Shown here: in pieces, positions 32,971-48,400 of the stretch | Position numbering within the stretch: position 1 is the stretch's first letter | How the letters are laid out: every line of letters begins with the position of its first letter | The notes under the pieces: generated by a model | What the model saw: only the letters and a program-made list of their open reading frames with translations | What the model was told of the DNA's origin: nothing | Database searches by the model: none | Program-made: the position numbers and the translations under genes | Assembly (NCBI RefSeq): GCF_033153115.1 | Contig: NW_026889777.1 | Span: forward strand, 15,190,001 to 15,254,000 | DNA length: 64,000 nt | Reading direction: 5' to 3' | Source of the DNA: Saccostrea echinata | Lineage: Eukaryota

Positions 32971-35693
32971 TAAGATTTTAAGAATTAGAATTTTTCTCGA
33001 AATACTTACATCTGCATAATGCAAAGCTGACTCAAACAGAAACCTTAGAAAGCAGCGCGACTATGGATTTAACTGATCATCGAATTGTTTGAATGTATCA
33101 TAAAAAGTCAATTGTACAAGTTGGGATTGATTGTCACTTCATGACACTTTAGTAAAATATGAGATTGTAGATTTATAAAGCCATTTTGAAGGCTATATGA
33201 ATGGATTCAATATCACTAAAATGCATATGTATTTCATGAAAGCAAAAACAATACTAACAATAAGTGAACATTTTCATCAAGATTTTTGTCGGTGAAAAAA
33301 ATGTTTAATTATTACATTAAGTTAAAATAACTCTTAATTAAAGATTAATGACCTACTTTACTTATCTCGCGTGATATTAAAGGAGAAAAATTTGATTTAT
33401 TTATCTATTTTTTTTTTTAAATTTATTTATTTATTTACTTTTTTTTGGTTCCATCCTTTACAAAAGGTTTGATATTTTAAATTCAAATTTTGCAGATTTT
33501 ATTTAAGAATTAAAATATATCAGAAAGGATACATATCTTTGCAATGAAAAAAGCACAAGCAATAAACAGTGTACTATTCGAACGTAAAACCTCATTTCTC
33601 TTCTAAGTTCCCCACCGTGAAATTCTGACGTCCACAAATAAAAATAAAACTAGGTCGATATGTTCACAGCTTGTTTGACAGACGCGTCCTCTCTTTGTGT
33701 CTCACAAACACAAAATAATGTTCATATGTAAAAAATGTTTGACAGTATCAGACATATGTAAAGCCTCCTATCTGAGAAAACAACGAAAAAAACGAAATAT
33801 ATGTTAACTTTGTGAATATTATGTTATCAGAATAATCGAAATATGAGTGTAAGAAAAGTACTTACCAGGTTTTAATTTTCCATTTCCGTATGTCCTCCAA
33901 AATGATTTAAAAAGGACATTGCAATAGGTGACAGAGACCCTGTTCACAAAACTGAATGTAGAAATAAAGAAACAATATCTAGCAAATCTAAAATTTTGGT
34001 TTTAACATTTTCCATCATTCCACTGTTGTTCATTACTACGGGAATGAATAAAAATTAAATGCAGCGTGTTATTCTCAACATTTCGTCGAAAATCCTGTGA
34101 ATAATTAAAGGACATTTGAATAAATTAATACATTAAATTATGCAGAAATCTTGCCAACATAACTAAACGTTCCTAAAACACGCGCACTTAAGAACAAAAT
34201 GACATTTAGTGGAGGATATTTATAGCTCAGGAAGCATATGTTTTGCAACGTAGAAAAAAATAAGTTGTTCCATAAAAATATTTTCTTTACAAATAAAGTT
34301 GTATACTATCCAGAAAAAAGAAAAAAAATGTTTAGATTAAAAAGATAATTTAAGAAAAAGTATAAATTCTTTTGATAGAACAGATTCTGTAAGCACTATT
34401 TTCCGTCCTTATAGTGTTCTGTATTAAAACTAAACTCATGTTATCTTTGTTAAAATGATGAATATACAAAAGCTTTGGAAATAAAGTAATGCATTCTTTA
34501 AAATTTCAGTCGATTCCACTGAATAAAAGGAATGTATGTGGCTGCATGGGAGATTGGGAAAGGGGTTGTGAGTAAAATATCTTCGAATAATTTAATTCAA
34601 TTTCTTTATTGCATACGTCTTATAGCAGTATTACAAGATTATAACAAAAGAGACGAAAATGGATTGTCAGTNNNNNNNNNNNNNNNNNNNNNNNNNNNNN
34701 NNNNNNNNNNNNNNNNNNNNNNNNNNNNNNNNNNNNNNNNNNNNNNNNNNNNNNNNNNNNNNNNNNNNNNNNNNNNNNNNNNNNNNNNNNNNNNNNNNNN
34801 NNNNNNNNNNNNNNNNNNNNNNNNNNNNNNNNNNNNNNNNNNNNNNNNNNNNNNNNNNATATGGAGAATGACACATACATGTAGATTAATGAAAAATAGT
34901 AGTTATATTCGTATTAAAAAATAATAATAAATAACCAAATCAGCAAATGACACAACATTATGTGTTTAAATAATTTCTAAGCTCAAGGGCTTTATAAATC
35001 AATTTCCCCAAATTACGCAATTCTTTTACATTGTTCACACTTAATAACTATATTAATTTGTACATGGATGGAATACATCAACAAGTGTGTTACTTGTACC
35101 TTTTTTTGTGGATAATATTTTGTTAAAAAGACTTGATGCTTAATTGTGATTATGAATTAGTTGGCTTTATCAACTCTTGTTACATACTAAACCAACTAAG
35201 TTTGTCCTTAAGTCAACCAATGATATATATCCTGTTCTAAATTTCTCCACTTGCTTCGACTCTTAAAATTCTTAATTTACTCAGTATCTGGAGAATATCT
35301 GTTACTGCTGAAGTGTTGTATGAACTTCATATAAAAATTACAAGGAAGTTACCTCGCCCAAATAATATAATGTCATCTTTTAAAAAGTGTGTTCACTTAT
35401 CGTTATAAATTGGACCCAGACTAAATGATCCAAGCATGCAAATATATCCAGGTTATTCTGTTTTTGTCTTTCTGTCGTTCTGGAAACTTTATTTGCTAGC
35501 CCTGCAGATACTTTAAAGACGAAAAGTTACCAATTTTACCAATTTTATCAATTCTTATAGCTATTTTATGATTATTACGACTCGGAAATAAGAATTTTCT
35601 TACAAATTGTACGGTGTAGGTACATAATATCAAATTTATCCTTAGTTTGTCAGTCTGTTGTGTGTTGTATGCGAAAAATTCTCCGTAAGCACC

Positions 35694-35928
35694 CATGGCC
35701 GTAGGAACCGGGGGGGGGGGGGGCACGGGGGCCCCAATAATTTTGCCGATATATAGAATATTATAGAAAACATAGCTACTATATACTAGTTTTTTTATTA
35801 TTATTATTATTATTATTTGCTCGTCAAGGAATTTTTGGTAGTTGATTGTGCCCCCCCCCAACTGAAAATCTGAAAATGTATGGTTGTGCCCCCCCCCCCC
35901 CAAAGTGATATTGCTTCCTACGGACCTG
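35694..35928. mobile_element. 235-bp MITE with 14-bp TIRs and 5-bp target-site duplication
   Basis: gcacc|CATGGCCGTAGGAA...TTCCTACGGACCTG|gcacc (TIR 12/14 match); internal poly-G/poly-C tracts. Confidence 0.75.
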
Positions 35929-36251
35929 GCACCGTAAATAGAACATGCCCTGGCAGACGGAATGATATAACAAACGCAGACCCCATATGCAGAAGATAAT
36001 AACTATAATATCACAACATAAATATAATAGGTTGACGATTGAAAAAAATGAAATATAAATCGTTTGACATACAGTTTAGATGTGACGCCTAAATTCAATT
36101 AGATATTCCAATATAAAACCGATGAGGCAGACTGTGATTCTCTATTTCGAACTCACTGGGATACATCAAGTAGACATATGAATGAAAATGAGTATTATAA
36201 GTTGGTAAAACGTCCTCGATATATCTAAATGTGAAATTGAAGGCAACAATC

Positions 36252-36291
<40 letters not shown>

Positions 36292-37418
36292 TAAAAACAA
36301 GGGGTCTCAGTTAACTTTGTTAGTGTTTTTTAAAAATCATTCCCAGTTAGTAGACGTTCAGGTCCTCCCTCTGACCTTTAGTTCACTTTTGAAGGACATA
36401 GTGGTGAGAGCAATTCACTTGTATCCTTATTTTTCAACCTTGACCCTTACTAATGTATTGGATATCAATTTTTTCTGATTTTGGTCTTAGTCCATATTAT
36501 TTAACTCTGATACAGATTTTTTATACAATTTAACTCTATAAACAGATGAATCTCTATGAGAGCATAACAACCATACCTAATTAAGAAATCATGTATAATT
36601 TTCTAACTATAAGAATTAATTTGAACCTCTGATAATTCATTCAGCTGTTAGTGAGATAAGATGAATTAACAACTTTTCTAAAGTTATGTGAATGAACAAA
36701 AATATGAAAATGATTCTTTCTTTCATCATACACAATACATTATACGATTAACCCAGACAGAAGAGGCCAAGTTACAGCAAAGTTACCGCAAAACTGGAAT
36801 CAATGTATCCTGCAAGATCGCAAGCAAAATCGTTATTTCTTTTTGCACTAAGGAAGGTTTCCAATTGATAAGCTCTTCCAACAGTATATACAATTCTACA
36901 TAACAATTTTAGTACTCTTATTTTGTGGAAGACCTACGCAGATAATAAGATTAAACAGAAGATTGCTAACTTATTATCAACTAGATTGATGCACAGAACT
37001 TCCGTGTCTTTACGAGCCCTCTATACACTGCACACCAAAAAGTTCTGATTGTGTGGTATTATTATGCAAATAGAGTAATCTGCCCTTTGATCTAGAATAA
37101 AATAAATTGAAATATACAGGTTATTACTTACGTTGTGATCAATTCAAGCATTCATAGTCTTTTAATAGGCCAAGATGAATAGACTGAACACTTCATTTGC
37201 AGGTATTTTACCCACTAATGTAAACGACAGTGATTTCTGTTCATCAGTACTTCATTGTCTTTGAACATTTTCCTGGTAAATGCAAGGTACCCTATATTTA
37301 AATTGTACAAGATAAACTCAACATCTACACCTTTACACACTCTAGATAATTTTCTCAATGTCTAAAAATATTTTCCATTGGTGTATAGAGGGTCCTTAGG
37401 CGAGATAACTCGGAGGCA

Positions 37419-37586
37419 TTTTTTATCCCCTCGAATCGAAGTTGGAGGGGATATAGTAACGCGCTTTTGTGTGTGGGTGAGTGAGTGAATTAGTTTGTGC
37501 GTAACGGAAGTTACGCAAGTAATAATTATATCGGGATCGATGTGACCTTTTGCGAGGGGATGCTCCGCGTTGCGTTGCCCTTGTTA
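37419..37586 (-). mobile_element. Short Helentron-type non-autonomous element
   Basis: Terminal hairpin tatcccctc-gaatcgaagttg-gaggggata, a gagt microsatellite, and the opposite end gaggggat...gcccttgtt. Same layout as the 55-kb copies, in reverse orientation. Confidence 0.6.
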
Positions 37587-38265
37587 AAATCAGTTGAGGT
37601 AAGCACTACTTACCTCAGGCATTACGTAAACAAATCCTTATCTCCCTTCCGTAAATAACTTCAAATTCTTTTAATGCTTAATGTTTGCCTTCTATAAACG
37701 TTACAGGAGGTATAATTACTTGGGGATCCTTCGATGGTCTTCTAACTAACAGGGCTTTAAATGGATAACTAACAGTGAATAGGATTCTCTTTAACGGTTT
37801 ATCAATTACAGAAATTCTGCATACTATAGAACAATAGCTATTCCCTCCAAGTGAAATGGTGAGTGTATGTACTACTTTGAGTATTGTCTGTTCATCATTC
37901 ACAAATTTTACTGATCTAGCTGTGATATCGAGTCGAAAATGTAGAAACAACATTATACATCAGATGAGGGTTGCCTGAGAAAATACATCTATGATCTACA
38001 CATGTAGCTCCAGCAAAACAAAAAAAGGCCATTCCATTTTTTTTAATGTTTATAGCGTCCACCCCTAAATTCAGAAACCTATCTGTACATCCGGGAAAAA
38101 CATAATCAACAGGGAAATCATACAGCGTTCTTGGAATATTTATAAAAGTAGCTATCAACATTTCAGAATTTCTTCACATTGTAGCAAAAAGAAAAAAGAA
38201 AACTTATATAATGAAATTCAAGTCTTTGGTACAAACATTAACCAAAAATGTATAATAATGATAAT

Positions 38266-38304
<39 letters not shown>

Positions 38305-40971
38305 TCGATACTCCCATCGAATAGAGTAAATTACATAACAGATATTTATTTTGTGCATTTCTGTTGTCTTTTTTTTATTTCATTTATCTTAAAACCAATT
38401 CACTCCTCGGACTCTAGACATAGAAAAACTTGAAATGGCCTAACGTTGACTATTTTAATTACACTAGAGTGTATGAAAGAAACTTTGATTTAATTTCAGA
38501 GTTTTGATCCAATTTATACTCATAGTTATCTTTCTAAGGATGAAATTCTTAAAAACCATTTGTCAGTTTTAAATATTTTAATTATTCCCAACAACCAAAT
38601 TGAATTCGATTACTATATCTTTACTGGATTCCAAAGCATCATAAAAATCCTCAACTATAGATATAAATCACCAAACTAGACATTCACTTCAAAAACTGGT
38701 AATCAGGAAACGCTCTTTCATGTAGATCAAAGGAAGTTTGAATCACTGAACAAGCCATTTTATTTCATATTTTATTCAATAAAATTATCCTTTTCTCCTC
38801 ATCCATTCTTCCTCCACATATATCTGTGGTTATACTTACTCTGGAGCAAGTCTGCCTGCTTGACAAATCTATGGATATCTTTGCCATAATTATATATTTT
38901 ACTTCTATTGGATTGTTACAAGGGCGTAAGTACATTGAAAACAGTATGTAATTAATATATACTTATGCCTAAGTTAAAATTAACTTTCGAGACAATATAA
39001 AATAAATGTATAGTTTATAATTTTAAAAAAAAATGTAAAGGAGGATCTTTTACATTTTAGAATCAACAAAGAAGGGATGCATTTAATTTTTCAAGTTAAC
39101 AAATTAACAAAAATAAAATTGATGAGTGAAAGATAATATATGTACTTCATCATTATTTCTGAATGATTATTATTTATTTGCAGAAAAATATCCAATATCC
39201 CTTGATTATTTATACAAGAAAGAAATATTACACTAATTATTCAATTTCTAATTAAGATTGAAATTGACATTTCCAGTCCAGCATTGTAAACAAAAATAAG
39301 GTGAATCAGTGGCAAAACGACTGTTATATTATCTCAGATATTAAGGAAAGATTGAAGTATATGGGCGACGTGTCATGATCTATGAAAAAATTAGGGAGCG
39401 AATTACGGGTCCTCACCCCAAAAACCAAAGATGCAAATGGCGACCCAAAGTGGGCTAACATGTGCCCTGGATAAAGCAAGATCTCAAATGCACAATGCAT
39501 GTACAGTATAATATGCAAAAAATGAACAATGAGTTAATAACAGTTAAAAAGAAGGAAAAAACATTCAAAGCAAAAGAAAAAAATCTAGTATCCCAGATGA
39601 CGTTATAGTTGTATAGATACAAAAGCTTTTAGGAAAAAAAGACATTTTGTCAGTGATTTTAGTTAATCATCACTTATTGTAGAATCATTTTAATAAATGG
39701 AGGTCGATATTGTCGGTAACCATTTTACTGGTTCATGGGGACGTAATTTCTTGAGTAACTGGTGTATACAAAAGATTCAACAAAATATATGACAACGTTC
39801 GTCGCGAGCATGTTAAGTTTTGGGTAAGTGTTACCCACGAAATCCACGAAAACGTTACTACTCGATTCCCACCAACATTCTGCAAACACATAATTCAAAA
39901 ATGTTTTGGCAATTTTGCTGTTAATTTTTTTTTTTTTTTTTTTTTTGAAATGCAAAGTGGACTTCATCAGTAATTGATTAATGATTTCAATACCGGTGTT
40001 AGTAAATTAATTGCTCCTAATAACATCTATGTTTGATAAGTGGTTATGAAAATTTTACATTGAAATAGGAATCACAAATGTCTTCGAAATTAAGAATACT
40101 AGTACTCTTTTTTTTTTAAACAAAAAACAAAAAAAAAATAATCTCTTTTGAAGTTGGTCATAAAATGAACATTTTGATCTTGCTGTATTAGGGTCTGCCT
40201 TCATTGATTTCTGTAGTGAAATACGTGAGTTTTACCAGAAGTATAGAGTTATATCATTTTCTTTTGATAATTCAAATCTTGTTTTAAGTTTGAGGATTTC
40301 AGGTCCAAATGTCGATATCAAATGTTGAGATTATTTTTAAGATCTTTGTGATACAGTATCTGAATTATTTTGCAATCTAGATTTCTTTGAAAAACACGCG
40401 TTCACGTTTTAGAAACACTTGGTATAAGATTGTTTAAATATGAAAGAACTTGGCCATTTTTTTAAAATGTTAAATCGTTTATTTACTTCATAGATAAAGG
40501 TTGCTTGAAAAGAAACATCTCTTGAATTCAGATCAACTTTTGTTATGGATGTTTATATTAATAACGCAGTACATGAATTTGTTTTTTAACAAACAGAACA
40601 TTTTATTTCATAGCTACACAATTGTAAAAGAAAAACATACCGGTAAATATATTTTTAAATAAACAAACTTTTAATTCACTAAGTATGTGGTACATTAAAT
40701 TGAGTTTATTTCAATATGCAGACTTCTTATTCACTAAACAATCAAAACAGACTCCTTTACTTTCGGATGACACTTGCATAAGATTAGAATTTCAAGATTA
40801 TCGGTGTATCAATATACTGCAGGGTCCTATATGACTTTCTTAATTTCCTAGATATAACACTGATTAAAATGTTTAACCTCAAAGTCATTGATAATCTATG
40901 AACAGAGAAGTTCCAGTTTTTTTCATTCCCTTTTTCAATTTCATTATCATTAATTAGAGAAAGAGTGGATT

Positions 40972-41403
40972 TATGACGCCTCAATCCTCATTTCAGAATT
41001 TTATTTAGGATGACATATAGATGATATTACGATAAAGGCTACAAAACAAGAACAAAACAAGACTGAATACACATCACTAACATTGACACTGAATTTTGCA
41101 AGTTTAAAGTTAAATTTACACAAAGAAATATTTCATAGCTGAATTTATATAAATAAAATGTACATTAAATTGATTTAGCATAATTAACTCACTCTATTGT
41201 GGCTCTAATGTCTTAAAACATGATGGTAAAACGGTGGTGCGGCAGAGGCGCCAGTTGAGTTGTTGAAAGCACGAGAAACACTGAATAGTAACACAAGTAG
41301 TATACGGACATAAACGGTAGACTAAAACAGTTCACACGGACAAATACGGAATAACACAGAACAGTTTACGAACATATATACATATAAGCCGTGTAACGGC
41401 ACA
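40972..41403 (-). repeat. 3' LTR of the BEL/Pao element
   Basis: Direct repeat of 51715-52146; I count 9 substitutions and no indels in 432 bp. Confidence 0.95.
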
Positions 41404-41439
41404 CTCCCCGCCTGCGATGTCCAACATCGCAAACAGTTT

Positions 41440-44400
41440 CTACGGTGAAAACAGTAAAACCACTTCTGTAACTGGTCTAACATAGTTGACGACACGACCA
41501 ATTTTCACCACACGTAATTTGATTTTGCGCACTTTTCCATCTTCACCTGGAAAGACACGTACAACAATACCCATCGGCCATTCGTTCCTGACAGAGTCTT
41601 GATCTTTCAAGAGTACGACATCACCTTCAGTAAGATTGTTCCGAGGGTCGACCCACTTGCGTCTGGACTGTAATAACTGAAGATATTGTGAGCGCCACTT
41701 CCTCCAGAATTGGTCGGCTAAGATCTGTATGTATTTCCAATGGGATTTGTACATATCCTTGATATCAAATGGCTCAAATGGTCCAACATCCAGTTCGGTC
41801 TTCTATGTTAACAGGGTAGACGGAGATAGCACAGAGGGTTGAAATGGGTCAGTTGATACAGGTACTATCGGTCAACTATTTATGATTGCACTAACTTCTG
41901 CCATGAGAGTATTTAACACATCATGAGTAAGGTTTTTCTTTGTTTCCTTTACAAGCATAGAATCCAAGATTCGTCGAGCGATGCCAATCATCCTCTCCCA
42001 CACCCCTCCCATGTGGGAAGAGTGGGGTGGGTTGAAGATCCAAGAGCATCCACTGTCTTCACTGGCGAACTTTCTATGTTAACTGCTGTGATTTCTAGTG
42101 CGTCTGCACTGCCGACAAAGTTCGTACCTCTGTCCGAACGAAATTCTGTAACTTTTCCTCTTATCGCTATGAAACGTCTGAGAGCGTTGATGAACGTAGG
42201 TGATGACATATCTTCTACTAACTCTATATGTATGGCTCGACATGTCAGACAGGTGAATAAGATAGCCCAGCATTTGCTGTTAGCTGAACCTACTCTGGTT
42301 TTGCGTGTAGTAATCTCCCATGGTCAGAATGTGTCCACGCCCACATAGGTAAATGGAGGTGACGGTTTTGTGCGGCATTCTGGAAGATTTCCCATCTTCT
42401 GATGCTCCAGTTTACCTCGGAGTTTTCTGCGAACACATGAATGTATGATTGATGATATTAATCTCTTTCCACCAATCACCCAATATCCGGATGAACGAAC
42501 AACTCCCTTAGTTAAATGTCTTCCCTGATGCTTCACAACTTCATGACAATGTAGAACAAGAAGACGAGCTAGGTAAGTTTTCCCGTGGATAATGATTGGG
42601 CCATGTTCATCAGACAGAGCATCTTCAGTACGAATTCTCCCTCCTAGTCGTATGATTCCATCATGAAGGTAAGGATCCAGGTAGCGTAACGATCTATCTT
42701 TAGATAATGGTTTGTCATTGGCCAAGTTTGCGATTTCCATAGGAAATGTTTCATTTTGACAGAGTTTCACTAAGAACAGTTCTGTTGCACGGTTCATGTG
42801 TACAGGGTCCAACAATGGTAAACCAGGTTTCTTCATCACAACTTTTCGGAGAACAGTAATTGTCTGACTATAGATGTCCATGAAGAAAATCTATCTATCC
42901 TCTTGTACACTTCATGGGTGTTTAAACACGTTTTCTGTGCAACAATGTTATTGTTTCTAATTTCGTTGTCTTTTTCTGTGTCAATAAGTGGAAAATCCTC
43001 TTTTTCCAATAGATAACTCTGTTGTTGTAAACAAACGGGTCCTTGAAGCCACATGCTGTGTGGTAGTTCATTCGCAAAAATTCCTCTGCTCCCGATGTCC
43101 GCAGGATTTGCCTCAGATGAAATATAGTTCCACTGCTTTGGAGTTGAGTGCTGACGGATACGCTGTACTCGGTTAGTGACGTAAGTATGGAAACGTTTGG
43201 TTTGGTTATAGATGTATCCAAGGACTATACGACTATCTGTATAGAACTTCACTTCATGGATAGTGGTGTCTATGTGTTTTAAAACAAATGCTGCAAGTTC
43301 TGTACACAAAACTGCTGCACACAACTCAAGTCTGGGGATTGTGTGACCAAGTTGGGGTGAAAGTTTTGACTTTCCCATCAAAAATCCAACCTGTATCCGT
43401 GCATTGTCAATCGTTATCACACGTAAGTAAGCCACTGCACAAACGGCTTTCTCTGAAGTATCTGAGAATAAGTGTATCTCTTTTCGATTACTTTCTCCCA
43501 GGGAAGTTGGAACAATAGTTCTAGAAATCTGTAAACTTGACAGCTGGTATAAGGTGTTGCACCAAGTTCTCCATCCATTGGCGATATTCATTGGAACCAT
43601 GTCGTCCCATCCAACAGGTAAGTTTATCACTTCACGAAATAAGACTCTGCCTTGCAGAATCACAGGAGCTATAAATCCGAGTGGATCATACAGACTGTTC
43701 AAACATGAAAGAATTCCTCTCTTTGTTAGCGGAGGGTCCCTGACCCTAGGTACAAACTGAGAGGTAAATGTGTCGGACATTACATTCCACATGAGTCCCA
43801 GACTTCGTTGAAATGGCGCTACATTTAAGTGTAAATCCACGTCAGATAAATCTTTAGCTCTGTCGTCTGGAGGTAGTACATCCATGATGTATGAACTGTT
43901 TGATGCAAACTTATGAAACCTCAAGTTCCCTTCTTCTTTGAGTGTAGTCTGTGTTTTTGTAAGATTTCTAGTGCCTCTTCATCCGTTTGGTAAGATGCGA
44001 GACCATCATCTACATAGACGTTTCTGTCTACGAATTCACAAACTCTTGGGTCACACTCTCTGTTCTGAACACATCGTCTCAAACAATACGTTGCTACTGC
44101 TGGAGAAGGTGAGTTTCCAAATAGGTGAACACACATACGGTATTCCATTAAAGGTAATGTTGGGTCATTGTCTGTGAACCAAATAAATCGTACATAGTTT
44201 CTGTGGTCCTCTCGAATTTTGAATGAGTGAAACATTTGTTCAATGGCACCTGTCACTGCTATTTTTTCTTTTCTGAATCGTAACAGAATCCCATGTAGAC
44301 TGTTGGTTAAGTCTGGACCACTTAGTAGAACAGAATTAAGGGAGTGTCCCTGAAAGGCTGGGGACGAATAAAAAACCATGCATATTTGGTTTGGCTTTTT

Positions 44401-45415
44401 GGGATTGTAGACACCAAAAATTGGTAGGAACCAACGATCTTCCTCGTCCTTAAGCTCTGTTGCTTTTTCTGCATGTCCTTTAGAAAACACTTTGTCCATA
44501 AACAAGTTTGCGTGTTCCAATTTCAACTTGTTATTTTTACAAGAAGCTAGAAATGACAAAGTTCTTTTCATGGCTTGTTCACGATTATTCGGAAGTTTCT
44601 CTCTACTGGTCTTAAATGGAAGTGGAGCAGTCCAGTTTCCGTTCTCATCTCTGTAACATTCATTGTCCATAATTTTTAGGAATTCTCGATCATTCACTGA
44701 CAGGCCTGGTTCATTGTCCTGGGGTGTTTTCACAAAAATATATCAGTAGTCGTTATTTCCTCGCTATAAAATTGGTTGTCTACAACTTTAGACACATGCA
44801 TGTAAGAGGGACAGGATGGAAATGTCGAGCCTCTTCCTGATGGTAGAATGTGTGTTTTGTTGGTCACAATGTTAGTAGGTACATGTACCTTATCAAGACA
44901 ACACTCTCCTATAACTGTCCATCCTATAGATAGTTTTTGTGCAAACGGAGCTCCATGAGGTCCAGTTCTCCGTGTTAAAACATGGTGAGCATCTGGATGA
45001 TCTCTTCCAATGAGTAACAAAATGTCTGCATCATCATTCAAATCTGGTATATGAGTGGCTAAGTCTGCTAGATGAGGATATGCGCGCGCCACATCTGGTG
45101 TAGAAATGTCCTCTCTGCAGTTGGGTATGTTATCACATTCTATCACAGTCTGTAGATGAATTTGGTTTCCTTCTAATACTGGTTCTAAGATAAAGTTTTA
45201 TGCACATCTGCCAGTGAGTGTCACAGAACCATTGCATGATGATAATGTGTAAGTCACAGAGTCAGTGTTTATATCAAACATATTAAAAAATTGTGAACGA
45301 GCGAGTGAACGACTACTTTGGTCATCAATTATGGCATAAATAGTCTTTTTCTCTAATGAACGATCAGTGGGATAGACGTTGACCAGAATAGTTTTAGAGC
45401 ACGATTTGCCCTTAA
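41440..45415 (-). pseudogene. BEL/Pao pol (aspartic protease, RT, Pao-type RNase H, integrase, DUF5641-type tail), disrupted by frameshifts and stops
   Basis: YAIIDDQSSRS (protease); SLNSVLLSGPDL, HLFGNSPSP, YVDD (RT); LYDPLGFIAP, HLFSDTS, TIPRLEL, YTDS, NPADIGSRG (RH); H-x3-H..C zinc motif, VGVDTF, FRSDRGTNF (IN); FWRKWRSQYL..WPMG (C-terminus). Split over several ORFs. Confidence 0.95.
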
Positions 45416-48400
45416 GGTATCTGATGTACAATTGACTAAAAAATGATACATGGTAAGGTATACATCCCATATACTCATTTGATAGGTATGGGTATAAAGT
45501 TTCTAAAAAAAGCATTTTTCCCGCCAAATTACTATGGGGAAGTAACTCCAGCATTTGAAATATAATGCAGGAAAACATATTTTTCTGGTGATGTCCAAAA
45601 TCTGTACAATATAATTGATATTTGGTAAAATATGATTGATGATAATAATAAACAATATATTTTGAAATAACTAATTTTATCTTTCTCAATTATATTTTGA
45701 AGAGAAAATTTCCAATTTACCCCCTCCCCTTGACACACATACAAGAAATAATATTGAAGAAAGGAGGATTGTACCTAGTTTATCACATGGTTATTTACAC
45801 ATCAATCACTGTGTTTTTCTGCTCTTTAAAACCATTATGAATATTGAATTTCCATACAAGTTAATTTTGTTTAATGAATAAAAAAATATTCACTTTTATA
45901 AGTAAGAATTTTTTTCTCTTATTGAACATGATTGTGTTTTATGTAAGTAGCTATGACAATGTCATCTCACTAAAAATCATACTGCATCAGACAAAAACAA
46001 TATATGGATATTACAATGTGTAAAACAGTAGCTAATTTACAAAATACATCAAGTTTTGGGTTCAAATACATCACATTTCACAATAGGTGCTAGCATAAAA
46101 ATCACTTACTGCTCATAGATGCCAAGCACAGGTCAAAACTTTTTTTTTTTATAAAAAAGCAAGTTGTCATGTATATATGAGTGAAATATTTTTGAAGGGA
46201 CATAAAGCAAACAAGCACAAGTGGAAATACTTGTGGTACACATAAAATTGAATACTATTCAAAAAGAGTAACAAGTACAAAAAAAAAAAAAACTTGACAC
46301 AACGAGTTTTTCACACAAAAAACATGAGTGCAAAAATTTATGGTACACATAAAAATATCTTTTCCTAGTAACAGGTACATTGTTATTGTGAGAAAAAAAG
46401 ACACAACTTGGGTATTACAGTATCTAACACTTTACAGTCATTGGTCACTCTTGGTTTACCATGAGAGTTTTTTGCACAAAAAACATTACGCAGACCATCT
46501 TCGCCTGCACGTTTATGAATTATTTTCAAATGATGCAAGCCAAGTCCAGAGCCTGCAACATTCTCTGCCATGTTCATTTTTAGAACACCATTGCCAACAA
46601 GAGCACTCAAAGATGGCAGATACAAGGCTTTTGCGCATTAAACTTTTCTTGAAGGAAATGTGTTTCTGCATCATATGCAGATTTGGACAGATCAGATTTA
46701 CAAACAGCAATAAATATTAGTTTGGAAAGCATTTTCACATCTTCCACAGCATCATGTGCAGAATATGACTCTTTACAAAAGTGCTTAGCAAGATATATCT
46801 GTGTATACTTTTCTAGTTTTTTATGTTTTGATCGAATCAAAGACAACGAGTCAGTAAAATCTGACACATGTTCAAGAAACTGTTTCTGTAAACCAATCCG
46901 TTCAACAGCATAGGAAAGGACTCGGAAATCAAATACTCGACCGTTGTGAGCTATGATGATGACTCCTTTATTCCTAAATGTACTCAACAAGGTAAGAAAA
47001 TTTGAAACCGTGTCACGAATGGGAACTGCAACAACTTTCGATACATTAGCGTAAACTGATGTTCCATCGCAGACTATTCCTGTCGTTTGCTCTGCTCCAG
47101 GCTCTATGGGTATTTTTGGTAGAACATAAGTCGAGAATGAATCTCCAGACTCCGTCTCCACAGCACCAATTTGAGTAATATGAGGCATGGCTCCTTGTCT
47201 GACTACAGAAATACAATTACTTCAATTTTTACTTGATATTTTAGAGTATTTATAATGATAATACAAGCAACCACTTTTGCTAAAAATAGGGATAGGCTTA
47301 AAATAATGAGCAACTTACTAAGCCCAGTTGTTTCCAGATCAAAAACAATGAATGTTGGCTTCATGTTCTTCAGCTTTTGAACAGCACTAGATGTTGGCTT
47401 GGTAATGGGATCTGGTACTTTTTCAATGTCAGCTTCTGCACCAAGACCAACGTCTAACAATGCAAACATTGTTATTCAAATTGTTAGCATACATATCTAT
47501 ATAACATAAAGTATTTGCTTTCCTACAGATTTAACTTTCTTTTATTAAGAAATCATATATTTCAAATCTACTAGAATAGTTAACCTGATTGATAAGTGGA
47601 CCCCTCTGAAGCCTCAAATGCATCCTTTTGAGTTGCTCTTTCTTGTTTTAGGATAAGACGACGACGTTTGGTCTCTGGTAGTCTCATCTTCTCTCTTAGC
47701 TTTTTCCTGTCTTCATCTACTTTGCTAGAGAACTTCATGTTGAATGACCCAGAGACAGACCACTTTTACTAAAAGCCTGAAATCATAAAATATAGATGAA
47801 GACATTGTTCATTCGCTGGGGTCCACCGACATTGTCAATCATGGCTACAAGGAATATTTGTTTGTTATTCCTTTCAAGCTTTTAATAAAATTTACAACAG
47901 AATATAACATCATTAGGACAATAAAATCAGAGATATTGGCAAACAACATACCTGCACCAATTTTTGTATTTATACAAAAACTCGGCATCCCCTTGCCATG
48001 CTCCTCGTCTCTGTGCGTTTTCCCATAAGGAATCCTGTTGGGCCTCAGACAAAAGGTACAGATGGACATACAGATACCCGCCCAGTCCAAGTTTCATCTC
48101 ACCCTTGATGGTTCTTTTAGTAAGGTAAAGAGGCCCGCATTTATAGTGCCTGCAATTTTCCAGGGCATCTATAACTGACACCCACTCTATCACCCGTCTT
48201 CCATTTCGCCACCCGTTTGCACTAAACTTTTTGCTATTGATCAAACTTTTCATACCAGGAAAACATGTTTCACACGTGTCCCCTTCACAAATATGACCAG
48301 ATATATAGTTATGGTCGACTAACACATTAATTTTCGACGACTTTTTGAAGCGACCTTTTTTATTCCTCTGCAACATGGACGCCGCCATATTGAAAACTGT

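Noticed and set aside
34532-34924. ORFs spanning N runs (also 23784-24008)
   Set aside because: Artefacts of assembly gaps at 34672-34858 and 23800-23927.
35496-35903. 135-aa ORF with poly-G, poly-P and poly-I runs
   Set aside because: Translation of the MITE homopolymer and (ATT)n tracts.
37678-38161. Two overlapping - strand ORFs as a functional gene
   Set aside because: No recognisable domain and no consistent open spliced model; kept only as possible pseudogene debris.
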